From the NCBI GenBank assembly GCA_040220235.1, contig JAVJTO010000044.1: a stretch of 64,000 nucleotides of DNA; one strand, written 5' to 3'. Shown piece by piece: positions 10,612 to 20,662 of the stretch. A model generated the notes under the pieces. The model saw only the letters and a list, made by a program, of their open reading frames with translations, did no database searches and was not told the DNA's origin. The number at the start of each line of letters is the position of its first letter. Within the stretch, counting starts at the first letter, position 1. The translations under genes and the position numbers were made by a program. Origin of the DNA: Coleofasciculus sp. B1-GNL1-01. Lineage in GTDB: Bacteria; Cyanobacteriota; Cyanobacteriia; Cyanobacteriales; Coleofasciculaceae.

Positions 10612-11446
10612 TGCGATCGCTCGCAAGGTCGTGCCAACGGCATTTGAAACCTAGTTCCGCAATGCTCTGCTAAAGTTGGGTTATAGCCTACCGAACTAGA
10701 TGCTCCGAAGGGGGCGATCATGACTGTAACGACTAAGAAGCTAACCTTTGAAGAGTATCTGACCTACTCAGACGGGACTGATACCCGCTATGAGTTGGTG
10801 AACGGGGAATTAGTAGCAATGAGTATTGGCACCGGGCAACATGGAGAAATCATTGACTTTCTCTATCGGCAAATCGATGCTGAGATCGGGCGTAGCGGAC
10901 GCGACTGGATTGTTAGACCCGTGGCGATTGGTGTGCGATCGCCTCGTGCTGGCAAGTGGGATACCTCTCGCATTCCCGATTTGACTATTATTCCTAGCCA
11001 GCAGTGGCGCGAATTAAGAACCCGTGAGGCTGTTATTGAACTCAACGAACCCCCTCCGATTTTAATGATAGAAGTCGTTAGCGAATCGACAAAGACCGCA
11101 GATTATCGGGCTAAGCGGGTTGAGTACAACGTTTTAAACATTCCAGAATACTGGGTCATTGACCCACTGACATCAAAGGTGACGATTTTTACCCTGGTTG
11201 AGGAACTGTATGAAGGTATGGAGTTCGTTGGTGCTGAGCAGATTGTTTCAGGCACTTTCCCAGAGTTGAATCTGACAAGTGAGCAGATTATTTGGGCTGG
11301 AGTGATTCCTAGCGCTGAAGAAAACTAATGAGATGCGATCGCTCTTTGGTTGTGCCGACGGCATCTTAAACCAAGTTCCGCAATGCTCTATTGAAGCTAG
11401 GTTACAGCCTACCGAACTAGATGCTCCGAAGGAGGCGATCATGACT
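10612..11446 (+). repeat. Imperfect ~113-bp direct repeat (10612-10725 and 11334-11446) flanking the Uma2 gene
   Basis: Both copies begin at HIP1 and end GCCTACCGAACTAGATGCTCCGAAGG(G/A)GGCGATCATGACT. Confidence 0.9.
10720..11328 (+). CDS. Uma2-family putative endonuclease
   Basis: LTFEEYL..RYELVNGEL, RIPDL, IEVVSES...DYRAKRVEY..IPEYWVIDP. Confidence 0.92.
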   Translation: MTVTTKKLTFEEYLTYSDGTDTRYELVNGELVAMSIGTGQHGEIIDFLYRQIDAEIGRSGRDWIVRPVAIGVRSPRAGKWDTSRIPDLTIIPSQQWRELRTREAVIELNEPPPILMIEVVSESTKTADYRAKRVEYNVLNIPEYWVIDPLTSKVTIFTLVEELYEGMEFVGAEQIVSGTFPELNLTSEQIIWAGVIPSAEEN

Positions 11447-11491
11447 TAGTTAAGGAGAGCGATCACCTTCGGTCGTAACAACGGTAAAGGT

Positions 11492-11601
11492 TATACAGCA
11501 TTTCTCAATCTAGTGAGGTACAGTAACAAGACGAGGTTAGCCTCTGTGAGCGCAAAAGTCTTATTTTCAATGTACCTCGCCAGCATGGAAAACGCTGTAT
11601 A
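11492..11601. mobile_element. MITE-like palindromic element
   Basis: Ends TATACAGCATTT...AAACGCTGTATA with inner GAGGTACA/TGTACCTC inverted pair; TA at both borders. Confidence 0.6.
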
Positions 11602-11616
11602 GGAATTTGGCTTGAG

Positions 11617-11719
11617 TAAGCTGTCATACATTTAAATTGGGAATGGGTAGCGAGCAAGATGCTCGCACTACAAGGATTTCGCCATTATTGACATTAAGGT
11701 TTAAATGCCGAACAGCTTA
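11617..11719. mobile_element. MITE (second copy at 61907-62034)
   Basis: Terminal inverted repeats TAAGCTGT/ACAGCTTA; near-identical copy at 61.9 kb. Confidence 0.8.
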
Positions 11720-11721
11720 AA

Positions 11722-12672
11722 CTAGTCATAGTCGTTTATATACTCGTCCATTAGCTCGTATAAAATTCGTTCGTCAATATAAGTATAGTTAGCACTTTTT
11801 TTGCAGAACTTAGCCGCATTTAAAAGATCCATCCCGGCTAAATCTAAATGTTCAGCTAGGTAAAAATCTCTAAATTCAACATCATCATTTAAGTATAAAT
11901 TTTGCAATCCATATTCCTTAATTAACTTAGACAATAAAGTTCTGTTTAAACCATCACAGTCATTATAATAATCTTTGGCTCTATAGCATTTAGAATTATC
12001 ATATAAATCAAAAAACTTTTTTTCGTTAGAAATTTTCGTGTAAACCTTAAAATCGTCAACAGCGAAGCAATATTCTTGAATCATTGAAAAATCAAGTAAC
12101 GATGCATCGTGATATGTCTCAGATCCCCATGCAATTTCATCAGATATATCTATCAGTTTTTGTGTATACCATAAGTCGTTAAACCAATTCTTGAGTTCTT
12201 TTATTCTTGACTCCTCTTTTATCTTAAGCATTAGTTCCATGTTGCTGGTAAGTCCATTTTTTGTAAAATTACTACTTCCTACATAGGCAGTACGGGAGGT
12301 ATTGAAATCAAAGGCGTACATTTTTGCGTGAATTCTACCTTCGAGGTGGTACTTAACCTGCATTCCTCCTGTTCGTATGGCTTCTTTAAAAGATTTTGCT
12401 AAATTTTTTTCATTGTCATTCTTGGTATTATTGAAAAATTGAATAATTTTTTCTTTTTTTGATTCCATTCCTATGATTAACTTAGCATCCCAGTGTTGAG
12501 AAAATGAATCAGAATCACCGGAAAACAGGTTCTTCAACTTCTCCCATCCCCATAAAGTAAAATATCCAGTACAAATGCAAGCGGATATGCAAGGATTGAA
12601 ATCGTCCGTGAATTGTAAGAATTCAGACTTGATATCATCGTCAAGTTTTGTATTAATGTTATCAATAATCAT
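11722..12672 (-). CDS. Phospholipase D-family (HKD) nuclease-domain protein, AT-rich
   Basis: IHAKMY...AYVGSSNFT...NMEL; CTGYFTLWGW N-terminal motif; AGGAG ribosome-binding site before the ATG at 12672; in frame with an upstream brnA fragment starting at 12762. Confidence 0.8.
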   Translation of the reverse strand: MIIDNINTKLDDDIKSEFLQFTDDFNPCISACICTGYFTLWGWEKLKNLFSGDSDSFSQHWDAKLIIGMESKKEKIIQFFNNTKNDNEKNLAKSFKEAIRTGGMQVKYHLEGRIHAKMYAFDFNTSRTAYVGSSNFTKNGLTSNMELMLKIKEESRIKELKNWFNDLWYTQKLIDISDEIAWGSETYHDASLLDFSMIQEYCFAVDDFKVYTKISNEKKFFDLYDNSKCYRAKDYYNDCDGLNRTLLSKLIKEYGLQNLYLNDDVEFRDFYLAEHLDLAGMDLLNAAKFCKKSANYTYIDERILYELMDEYINDYD

Positions 12673-12690
12673 CGTTATCTCCTGTTTTAG

Positions 12691-12762
12691 GTCAGAGGTA
12701 TCAATATTCTCATCGTTCATAGCATCAACTCTAGTCCAGTCGGTTTTTGAGGTATTGCTCAT
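12691..12762 (-). pseudogene. N-terminal fragment of a BrnA-type antitoxin, fused in frame to the PLD gene
   Basis: MSNTSKTDWTRVDAMNDENIDTSD, overlapping the 3' end of brnT. Confidence 0.7.
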
Positions 12763-13018
12763 AGCGTTTTCGTTCATAAGATAATGCTTTTCGTAGTGAA
12801 ATGATGCAAGTTGTTTTGTCGTCAGGCTCGGTGTATACAATAACTACAACTCGTCCATCCAGTAACCCAATACCAATCTATCGATCTTCGCCATAGTCTT
12901 CTCGGTCATCGAGGGCGATAAGCATTGGTAGATCAAAGACACGAGGGGCATCAGCGAAATCAAAACCATGTTTAGCAATGTTAATCTCGTTCTTGCGCTC
13001 GTCCCACTCGAAATTCAT
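12731..13018 (-). pseudogene. BrnT-family toxin with an internal nonsense codon
   Basis: MNFEWDERKNEINIAKHGFDFADA...DDREDYGEDR*IGIGLLDGRVVVIVYTE...IISLRKA; TAG at 12878-12880. Confidence 0.85.
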
Positions 13019-13206
13019 GGATTCAATTTAACACACGTCATGACTTAGTATCCCCTCTAATCGACAACGAAAGGTTTTAAGCAAAAAATCTCTTAGCTGA
13101 TCGCACTATCCTCCTCAAAGTCCACTTCATCAAAGCCAAAGCAGCAAGAGAAGCGATTGCTTCCCATAAGCTACGATGAACCCAAACACCGTTACACAGA
13201 AAACCC

Positions 13207-13557
13207 ATGTCTGAGCAAGTGCGTTATATTACCAACGAGCAGGGGGAGCGAGTTGGCGTCTTGTTAGATTTGGAAGCCTATAATCGACTAGCGAACCCAT
13301 TAGCTCTAGATGACGAGTGCTTAATTGGCTTAAGCCAAGATGAGCTGCAAGCGTTAGCCGATAGTAAGCTAGCTCCCGCAGCACAGAATCAATTGAACGA
13401 TTTGCTAATTCAGAATGCAGAATCTCAGCTTTCTGCCGACGAAGTTGCAAATCTAGACCGTTTGCTAGCACAAGTCGATCAACTGACAATCCTCAAAACC
13501 AGAGCTAGATATACTCTGCACTGCTTAGAAACCTTGGCAACAGAGGTAGTGGCATGA
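13207..13557 (+). CDS. Hypothetical antitoxin-like protein
   Basis: VRYITNEQGERVGVLLD N-terminus plus helical C-terminus; the overlapping ATGA starts only a 6-codon ORF. Confidence 0.65.
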   Translation: MSEQVRYITNEQGERVGVLLDLEAYNRLANPLALDDECLIGLSQDELQALADSKLAPAAQNQLNDLLIQNAESQLSADEVANLDRLLAQVDQLTILKTRARYTLHCLETLATEVVA

Positions 13558-13750
13558 CCCAGCTAAAATGGTAATGGTGCAATAGGAAATTAGCGCAAAG
13601 CCTTTCCGTAGAAAGAAACAATAGTTAAAAAGCTACAGTTGCGGCTAAGGTAATCTAAGCCCTTAACGGTAGCATGGTATGTTAATACAGCCCTTCCCCC
13701 TGTAAATGGACTATCAACCTAAGGCTGGTTAATGCTGCGGCTTCCCTCTC

Positions 13751-16700
13751 TTAAAAAACAGGTTGCAATACCTCCACCTGCTTCAACTCCAAGCCTTGCT
13801 CAAATATCTGATCAATCGGTAACATTTGATCCTCATCTGTCATAAACTTATGGTCTTTTGTCGCCCGAATCGTAGCACCATCCTCTAACAGATATTCAAA
13901 CACCTCTTGTTCACCGCGATTATGCCATTGTGCAATGGGTTGCGTGTAAACATAACCATTCTCATCCACACTATAAACCGTACACTCAATCTGCTTTTCG
14001 ACAATTTCCCCAATCGCCACAGCACCATATTCAACCGTGAGAATCTGTGTATCATAACTCAAGCAGTATTCAGCAAATAAGATCATCTGCTCGAATAACT
14101 CTTCCGCAATCCGTTTTGCTACACCATTTTTCGCCGCACCATCGATAAAAATCTCTCGATGTTTCTCCATTTCTGCCACTTTCTTTTTACCCATACAGTT
14201 ATGAGCAATAAAATCATTGGCAATCAAGTTATGGGTCTGGGAAATACTTAAGTCGAAAACCTCCTCTTGACCAACATATTCAATCGAGACAATTTCATCC
14301 CAGAATACATCGGATTCCGCAATTGCTATCAGTGCTTTATCCTGCAAAGCCGTGGCAAAATTCTGGACTCGATAAGGACTCTTTGTCGAAAGATGACCAT
14401 CACCTATTAGATAAGCAGTTAGCTTAATTTGAGCATCTGATATATCACTCTCGGTAGTCAGTGGCAATATCTTAGCTAGTCCAATCCGACTACCAACCTT
14501 AAACTGATCCAGAGGCTGCCATCCTAACAGCGAATAGAAACGATGATCCGCCGTCGCTCTAATTTTACGATTGGTTTTCGTGGTAATTTCCCAAACATCT
14601 CGCACCCCGTTTGGATGAATTTCGCTAATCGGTTGCTGAGTAATCTTTTGAGTCACCTGATCCAGAGACAACACCTCTCGTCCCAACCAATACTCAGGTT
14701 TGGATGCAATGTCTTTGAGAGACACTAAACGCCCCGTTTCTGCATCAATAATCTCCGTTGAACCACTCAGACATCGGCGTAGTAAATCCGCTTGACCCAG
14801 AGAATACCCCGCCAAATCCTGAGCCATTTTCATGATCTGCTCTTGATAACAAAGCGTACCATACGTTTCTTTTAAAATTGGCTCTAATAACGGATGTTGA
14901 TATTCAACCTTTTCTTTGCCATGTTTCCGATTAATAAATTTAGGAATCAGACCTGCATCCAAAGGTCCCGGACGATACAATGCCAAAATCGAAGAAATAT
15001 CTTCGATACTCGACGGTTTCAACTCCCGCACCACCTGGCGCATCCCCGATGATTCTAGTTGAAAAATTCCCTCTAACTCGCCTTTCTCTAAAACCGTATA
15101 AGTCTGTTTTATGTCATCGGGTATTTTCTTGATTTCCCCTTTTGCCACAATCTCAAACGCCTTACGTTCATCTAGGGGTAACTGATCCAGATCTAACGTT
15201 ATATTTTGATGTTGGCGAATCAATTCTGCCGTTTTCTGAATCGTGGTTAAATTTTTCAGACCTAGAAAATCCATTTTCAAGAGTCCGAGGGATTCTAAGT
15301 CCTCCATAAAATACTGAGTAATCACCGCCCCCTCATTATTCACCTGCAAGGGAACAATTTCATCTAAAGGTTCAGCAGAAATCACCACCCCCGCCGCGTG
15401 AACGCCAAAGGTTTTGTTGGTTCCCTCAATCCGGATTGCCATATCCAGCCAGCGCTGCACTTCGGGGTTATTTAAGTAAGCATCTCTAAACTCTGGTGTG
15501 GGCGTTTTCTCAGAAATCATTACCTTTAACTTAGTGGGTTTTCCCCGTGAAACCGGAATCATTTTTGCCATCCGATCTGATTCCCCATAGGGAATATTCA
15601 ACACCCTGGCGACATCTTTTAATACCGCCTTTGATGTCATCCGGTTAAATGTAATAATTTGTGCCACCCGATCTGCCCCATATTTGTGGGTGACATATTC
15701 AATTACCTCATCCCGGCGTTCAATACAGAAATCTGTATCAATATCAGGCATAGATTTCCGTTCCGGATTGAGAAAGCGCTCAAATAAAAGCCCATGATGA
15801 ACCGGATCAATATTGGTAATTTTCAGAGAATAGGCAACTAAGGAACCCGCCGCCGAACCCCGCCCTGGACCAACAGGAATCTTCTGATCTCTGGCATATT
15901 TAATATAATCCCATACGACTAAAAAGTAGGTGGAAAATCCCATCTGCTGCATCATTTTCAGCTCATATTCCAGCCGTTCTTTATAGACGAGATCGATGTC
16001 ACTGCGAGAACGACATCCCATGCGCTCCAATAATCCATCCCAAGTAACTTCTTCTAAGTAACTATCAGCACTGTGACCCTTGGGAACGGGATAATTGGGG
16101 ATGCGTGGTTCCCCCATAATGTCGTAGCGTTTGACCTTATCCGCGACTTCTAATGTATTCGCGATCGCCTCTTGGATCACCTCATCGGGCAAATGATCCC
16201 GAAATAGCTGTGCCATCTCCTCGGCGGACTTGAGATACTCGGTTCCGGAGTAGCGCATCCGCTTCTCTTCTGAAATTAATTTCCCTATTTGAATGCAGAG
16301 TAAGGCGTCGTGGGCTTCGACATCGTAACAGGAGATAAAATGAGAATCATTGGTGGCGACGATTTTAATCTCTAACTCACGGGCAATTTTCACAATTTCT
16401 ACGTTAACAATCCGGTCTTCAATTGACCCATGATCTTGAATTTCTAGATAATAATCGTCACCAAAAACCTCTTTATACCATTGGGCAAGCTCTCGTGCCT
16501 TTTGCACGTCACCCTTGAGAATCGCTTGGGGGACTTCTCCGCCCAAACAACCACTGGTGACGATTAATCCATCACGGTACTGTTGGAGGAATTCTTTATT
16601 AATACAAGGACGCTGAAAAATTCCTGTTCCTTGGATTCCTTTCAGATGAGAAATTGTCGTCAGTTTAACTAAATTTTTATAGCCTTGGGTATTTTTCGCC

Positions 16701-16969
16701 AAGACAACTTGATGGTATTTGCGCTGTTTCTTCTTCGTCTTATCTTGAATATCCCCATTAATCACATACATCTCATTGCCGATAATCGGCTTAATCCCTT
16801 TCCCCCGACAAACTTTAATCAACTCGATCGCGCCATACATCACCCCATGATCCGTCAGTGCGATCGCGGGCATACCCAATTCCACCGCCCGATCCACCAG
16901 TTGCGGGAGTTGGGACGCGCCATCAAGTAAGCTATAGTCACTGTGAATATGTAGACCGACGAAGGACAT
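13751..16969 (-). CDS. dnaE: DNA polymerase III alpha subunit, N-terminal half, with a cis intein and a split-intein N-part
   Basis: PHP domain [30 protein letters not shown]; ends AEY/CLSYDT... Confidence 0.97.
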   Translation of the reverse strand: MSFVGLHIHSDYSLLDGASQLPQLVDRAVELGMPAIALTDHGVMYGAIELIKVCRGKGIKPIIGNEMYVINGDIQDKTKKKQRKYHQVVLAKNTQGYKNLVKLTTISHLKGIQGTGIFQRPCINKEFLQQYRDGLIVTSGCLGGEVPQAILKGDVQKARELAQWYKEVFGDDYYLEIQDHGSIEDRIVNVEIVKIARELEIKIVATNDSHFISCYDVEAHDALLCIQIGKLISEEKRMRYSGTEYLKSAEEMAQLFRDHLPDEVIQEAIANTLEVADKVKRYDIMGEPRIPNYPVPKGHSADSYLEEVTWDGLLERMGCRSRSDIDLVYKERLEYELKMMQQMGFSTYFLVVWDYIKYARDQKIPVGPGRGSAAGSLVAYSLKITNIDPVHHGLLFERFLNPERKSMPDIDTDFCIERRDEVIEYVTHKYGADRVAQIITFNRMTSKAVLKDVARVLNIPYGESDRMAKMIPVSRGKPTKLKVMISEKTPTPEFRDAYLNNPEVQRWLDMAIRIEGTNKTFGVHAAGVVISAEPLDEIVPLQVNNEGAVITQYFMEDLESLGLLKMDFLGLKNLTTIQKTAELIRQHQNITLDLDQLPLDERKAFEIVAKGEIKKIPDDIKQTYTVLEKGELEGIFQLESSGMRQVVRELKPSSIEDISSILALYRPGPLDAGLIPKFINRKHGKEKVEYQHPLLEPILKETYGTLCYQEQIMKMAQDLAGYSLGQADLLRRCLSGSTEIIDAETGRLVSLKDIASKPEYWLGREVLSLDQVTQKITQQPISEIHPNGVRDVWEITTKTNRKIRATADHRFYSLLGWQPLDQFKVGSRIGLAKILPLTTESDISDAQIKLTAYLIGDGHLSTKSPYRVQNFATALQDKALIAIAESDVFWDEIVSIEYVGQEEVFDLSISQTHNLIANDFIAHNCMGKKKVAEMEKHREIFIDGAAKNGVAKRIAEELFEQMILFAEYCLSYDTQILTVEYGAVAIGEIVEKQIECTVYSVDENGYVYTQPIAQWHNRGEQEVFEYLLEDGATIRATKDHKFMTDEDQMLPIDQIFEQGLELKQVEVLQPVF
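13754..14065 (-). other. Split DnaE intein, N-terminal fragment
   Basis: [14 protein letters not shown]...ATKDHKFMT...[16 protein letters not shown] then stop. Confidence 0.95.
14198..14773 (-). other. Cis-splicing mini-intein (192 aa) in DnaE with a vestigial LAGLIDADG block
   Basis: [11 protein letters not shown] ... RATADHRF ... AYLIGDGH ... VFDLS...[13 protein letters not shown]. Confidence 0.92.
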
Positions 16970-17169
16970 AGAACAAAGAGAGATAAGGATTCAGTTAAGG
17001 GGCGCGATCGCTCACCTTCATGGTAAGCTGATCGGTCTAATGGTATTCCCGATTCATCCAGATTGACTCTGGCTACCCCACATATAAGGATACATCATCC
17101 AACTACACCCTATATGTAGTCACACCCCCCATAGGCTTGGTAGGGGCTTGGTAACTAAGCCCCTACGGT

Positions 17170-17763
17170 TTAGGCGATCGCACTCGATAGTTCATGCCAG
17201 CGCTGATGCCACAATTGCTGCATCTTTTGCATAATCTCAGGTAAATCCTGAAACTCCTGACTTTGTTGATTGATTTCCCCGGCTAATCCCTGAAGTCGGT
17301 TAAAATCTCGGCAACAGTAGAGTACCCGTTTCCAAGCCCCATACCAATCCTGTGCAGCTTCCTGATGGGCGCGAATGGGTTTCAGGCGTTCTTCCTCGTT
17401 TCTGAGAGATTCAGCCTGTTTTGCCCACGCTTGACGCCAAGGTTGCACGGCTTCTGGTTGCTCATGCTGATCATACCAGTCACGTTCACGACGGAGGATT
17501 TCGCCTAATTCATCCAACTGGGAACGCGAGGTACAGCGCCCAATCGCTGTTAATCCGGCGTCAATCCACAGGGGCAAGTTGCGATAACTAACAAAGATGG
17601 CGCGGGATTCAACTAGCTTGACCCAGATTTGGTGGTGCCAGCATTCCACGCGATCGATTTGCTGGAGGGGAATGTTAAGAAATGTAGCGACTTGTTGGCG
17701 TACTTCGTCGAGAGAAAATTGGCAAGGATCAACAACTCCAGCCTTGATCAAGTTCCGGGACAT
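17170..17763 (-). CDS. Hypothetical protein
   Basis: 197-aa ORF with AGGAG ribosome-binding site; IDRVECW..IWV...FVSYRNLPLW motif. Confidence 0.7.
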   Translation of the reverse strand: MSRNLIKAGVVDPCQFSLDEVRQQVATFLNIPLQQIDRVECWHHQIWVKLVESRAIFVSYRNLPLWIDAGLTAIGRCTSRSQLDELGEILRRERDWYDQHEQPEAVQPWRQAWAKQAESLRNEEERLKPIRAHQEAAQDWYGAWKRVLYCCRDFNRLQGLAGEINQQSQEFQDLPEIMQKMQQLWHQRWHELSSAIA

Positions 17764-17804
17764 GGTGAATCACTCCTGATTTGGGTATGAGTGGTAGCGT
17801 TGGC

Positions 17805-18045
17805 TTGATTTAGGAGAGTTGATGCTGGATTTGTGGCGATATCGGCTTTTTTGCCAGGAAAACGCCCAAATCCTCAATCCTAAATCAATTGACCCAAAAT
17901 CTTAGCCACCCCGCACAAGTTGCCATAAGAAGTCGGAGTGGCTAGAGGAGTGTTAGTATTTCTTCTAGCTTCCAGACTGGTGCTTCAGTTTGGGGGTTAG
18001 CTGCTCAGAGCTGCGGGAACAGCTTTGAGTGGCGCTAAGAGTTTT
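17805..18045 (+). other. Multi-hairpin structured non-coding element (candidate ncRNA or folded ssDNA signal)
   Basis: Stems 17805-15/17878-88, 17965-79/17986-18000 and 18000-13/18020-33, plus closing pair 17896-906/18034-45; most irregular pairs are G-T on the + strand. Confidence 0.45.
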
Positions 18046-18274
18046 CGGTTTAATTTGGATTATCTTAGCACTTTGAAGGATGGATGCCCCAGCGTCAAGG
18101 CTTTGTTACAAAAGTTTATTAGGCAGTCGTATTTTCATCCAAACTAGGACTTACGTAAATTTACGGCACATACTATATGTGTATGTGGCTCTTCAAAAAG
18201 TCTCGCTTGTGAATGGGATTCAGGACTGCCTACCCGACAACTACAATGAGAGAATGTTGAATTTTAATTTTGCT

Positions 18275-18526
18275 ATGTATGAAATTACACTGTCCATATC
18301 TGAAGAAACAGTACAGGCACTGAAGCTAACTCCTGAAAAACTCGATAGTGAGATCCTTTTAGCCGCCGCCGTTAAGCTTTATGAATTAGGGCGACTTTCT
18401 TCTGGAGCCGCAGCAAATCTAGCCAGAATTCCACGAGTCGTATTTTTATCTAAACTTGCTGAATTCGGTGTTGATACTTTTCGCTTAACTGAATCAGAAC
18501 TAGCGGAAGATTTAGCTAATGCCTGA
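18275..18526 (+). CDS. UPF0175-family antitoxin
   Basis: LAAAVKLYELGRLSSGAAANLA..RVVFL..L. Confidence 0.85.
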   Translation: MYEITLSISEETVQALKLTPEKLDSEILLAAAVKLYELGRLSSGAAANLARIPRVVFLSKLAEFGVDTFRLTESELAEDLANA

Positions 18527-18997
18527 AGTCATTACCGATACGTCACCAATCCAGTATCTTTACCAAACCAATTTACTGAACTTACTCCCTAGTTTATACA
18601 ATCAAATTATCATGCCCCAAGGCGTTGCTGAGGAATTGGCTCAAGGGCGTTCTCTAGGTATAGCACTACCTGAACCTGACTTGCTTTCCTGGATAACCAT
18701 TCGTTCAGCGCAAGAATCACCACTTTTGCCATCCGCCTCTGATCTGGAAGGGAGCGAGAAGCCTTAACCTTAGCACTAGAAGTTCCCGATTCTCTTGTCC
18801 TACTTGATGATGCTCTTGCCAGACGTTGCGCCCGTCAACTAAATATCATTTTTACAGGAACATTGGGTATAATTCTCAAGGCAAAACAGTCTGGATACAT
18901 TGAGGCAATATCACCCATTTTAAATCAGCTTGAGACACTTGGCTTTCGGTGCGATCGGGAAACCCGCGCTGCTGTGTTGAATCTGGCTGGAGAATGA
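18519..18997 (+). pseudogene. DUF3368 / PIN-domain toxin, frameshifted near 18745
   Basis: VITDTSPIQYL...ASDL, continuing in another frame as EREALTLA...LLDDALAR...TGTLGIILKAK...LAGE*. Confidence 0.85.
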
Positions 18998-19092
18998 CCT
19001 TGTGCGATCGCTCAAACTCTTCAAAAAGTCTCGCGATTACCTTCGGCAGTGTGCGAGAACCTACAATAGGAAGAGTCGTGAGGAATTGAGCT

Positions 19093-19359
19093 ATGAGCGT
19101 TGTCGTCCCTGACGAAATTTTAACCATAACTCGCATGACTGAGGCTGAAATGCGTCAAGAGATTGCTGTCATGCTCTTTGAGCGGGAAAAGCTTACTCTT
19201 GCTCAAGCTAGCCGATTTGCCGGGATGCACCGTGTCGCTTTTCAACATCTACTGGCTAGCCGCCAAATCCCAGTTCATTACGGGATGGAGGATTTTGAAC
19301 AGGACATTCAAACCCTGCGGGAGATGGATACCCGATACAGGGCGACCCGATCAGATTAA
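19093..19359 (+). CDS. Orphan UPF0175-family antitoxin, 3' end running into a REP-like element
   Basis: EIAVMLFEREKLTLAQASRFAGMHRVAFQHLLASRQIPVHY; GGGCGACCCG...CGGGTCGCCCCTAC follows and no toxin gene is present. Confidence 0.8.
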   Translation: MSVVVPDEILTITRMTEAEMRQEIAVMLFEREKLTLAQASRFAGMHRVAFQHLLASRQIPVHYGMEDFEQDIQTLREMDTRYRATRSD

Positions 19360-19434
19360 TGGGTGGGTCGTGTTAATTTTGTGCGGCGGGTCGCCCCTAC
19401 GAATGCATCTGCTTCCCCATCTCCCCCATCTCCC

Positions 19435-20118
19435 CTATCTTCCCTGTTTAGACGAGGCGATCGCAACAATACCATATACGGCTATTCCTTGCTGGCGTAA
19501 CACTTCTGTGGCTGAACGGGCGGTTGCGCCTGTGGTGTAAATATCGTCTAAAATCAGTACGGGTGAATGATGTGAACGCTTGCCAAAGCGCTTACCCACA
19601 GCAAACGCTTCCGTGAGATTTTGCGATCGCTCTTTTGCAGATAAGCCAAACTGGGCTTCAGTTTCCCGAACTCGTTCTAAACCGTGGGGTTGATACTGAT
19701 ACCCTGTAAATTGACAAAAACTCTCGGCAAGGAGTTCGGCTTGATTAAATCCCCGTTGTTGGCGCTTACTGGGGTGAATCGGAATGGGTATGACAGTTAA
19801 CTTTTTCCTCTGTCGCGCCGCCGTAGAGTTTAGCCACGCCTCACCCAACCAGAATCCCAAAGGACGAGCTAACTGGGTATGATTCTCATATTTTAGCGCC
19901 GCGATCGCCCGTTTCAATGTGCCGCCATAATGTCCCCAGACAAACACGGGTAACTCTCCTTGCCAAAATTGACTCGGATGCTTCAGTTGACAGCGCTGTA
20001 ACTGACGCTGACAGTATTGACACAATTCAGCATCAGTGGCGCGATCGCATAATGGACAGTTTGACTTGAGGAATAAAGACAGTAAGCTATTTGTCAACTG
20101 TCCGATTCCTAGTTTCAT
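19435..20118 (-). CDS. comF: ComF-family phosphoribosyltransferase-like protein
   Basis: CPLC...CQYC, RGFNQAELLA, ILDDIYTTGAT. Confidence 0.92.
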   Translation of the reverse strand: MKLGIGQLTNSLLSLFLKSNCPLCDRATDAELCQYCQRQLQRCQLKHPSQFWQGELPVFVWGHYGGTLKRAIAALKYENHTQLARPLGFWLGEAWLNSTAARQRKKLTVIPIPIHPSKRQQRGFNQAELLAESFCQFTGYQYQPHGLERVRETEAQFGLSAKERSQNLTEAFAVGKRFGKRSHHSPVLILDDIYTTGATARSATEVLRQQGIAVYGIVAIASSKQGR

Positions 20119-20236
20119 CTCGTCTTGTCTTTAAATAACCTCCATAGAATTATACCTTTAGTTTTTTCCCCAGCTTCCCCAGAGCCCAGACGCGCCATGG
20201 CACGTCTCTACATTGCTTCCCCTGCTCTCTATTTCC

Positions 20237-20662
20237 TCAAGCCACATCCAATAAAAACATCGACAAAAACGCCAAATACAACAGAAGGGCAAGCAAAACC
20301 ACCACAAATGGCGGTGTAAAAATCACCGGAAAACTCGCTTCTTCCAAAAGATTGGGTAAAAACCCTTGATAGCAGATCGTATCGCCACATGTCCCGTAAT
20401 TAAATAGAATGACAAATGTTTGCAGTCCAATAATTTTTGGCAAAAAACTTCCCTTTATTTTTACCTTTGTGCGTCTCTTTGCTGTCCGAGCCGTTGCACT
20501 AAAAAATAAAAATATTGTTGTGGTGATGTAGAACAATCCCGCAAATGCAATGTAGAAAAAAATTGACATCCAGCCCCCCGATGTCATAAAAAAGAGTGGG
20601 ATACTAATTAACGCATAAATCAGGTAAACAGTAAAGACCAGCCAGATATTGGTTGTAATCAT
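20237..20662 (-). CDS. Hypothetical membrane protein
   Basis: About 4 hydrophobic segments; start uncertain. Confidence 0.6.
   Translation of the reverse strand: MITTNIWLVFTVYLIYALISIPLFFMTSGGWMSIFFYIAFAGLFYITTTIFLFFSATARTAKRRTKVKIKGSFLPKIIGLQTFVILFNYGTCGDTICYQGFLPNLLEEASFPVIFTPPFVVVLLALLLYLAFLSMFLLDVA

Noticed and set aside
12763..12840. Longer N-terminus of the 372-aa PLD ORF
   Set aside because: This DNA is the brnT coding region in another frame; plausible starts are 12762 or 12672.
18080..18274. N-terminal extension of the UPF0175 ORF
   Set aside because: Family similarity starts at the ATG at 18275; the upstream part looks intergenic.
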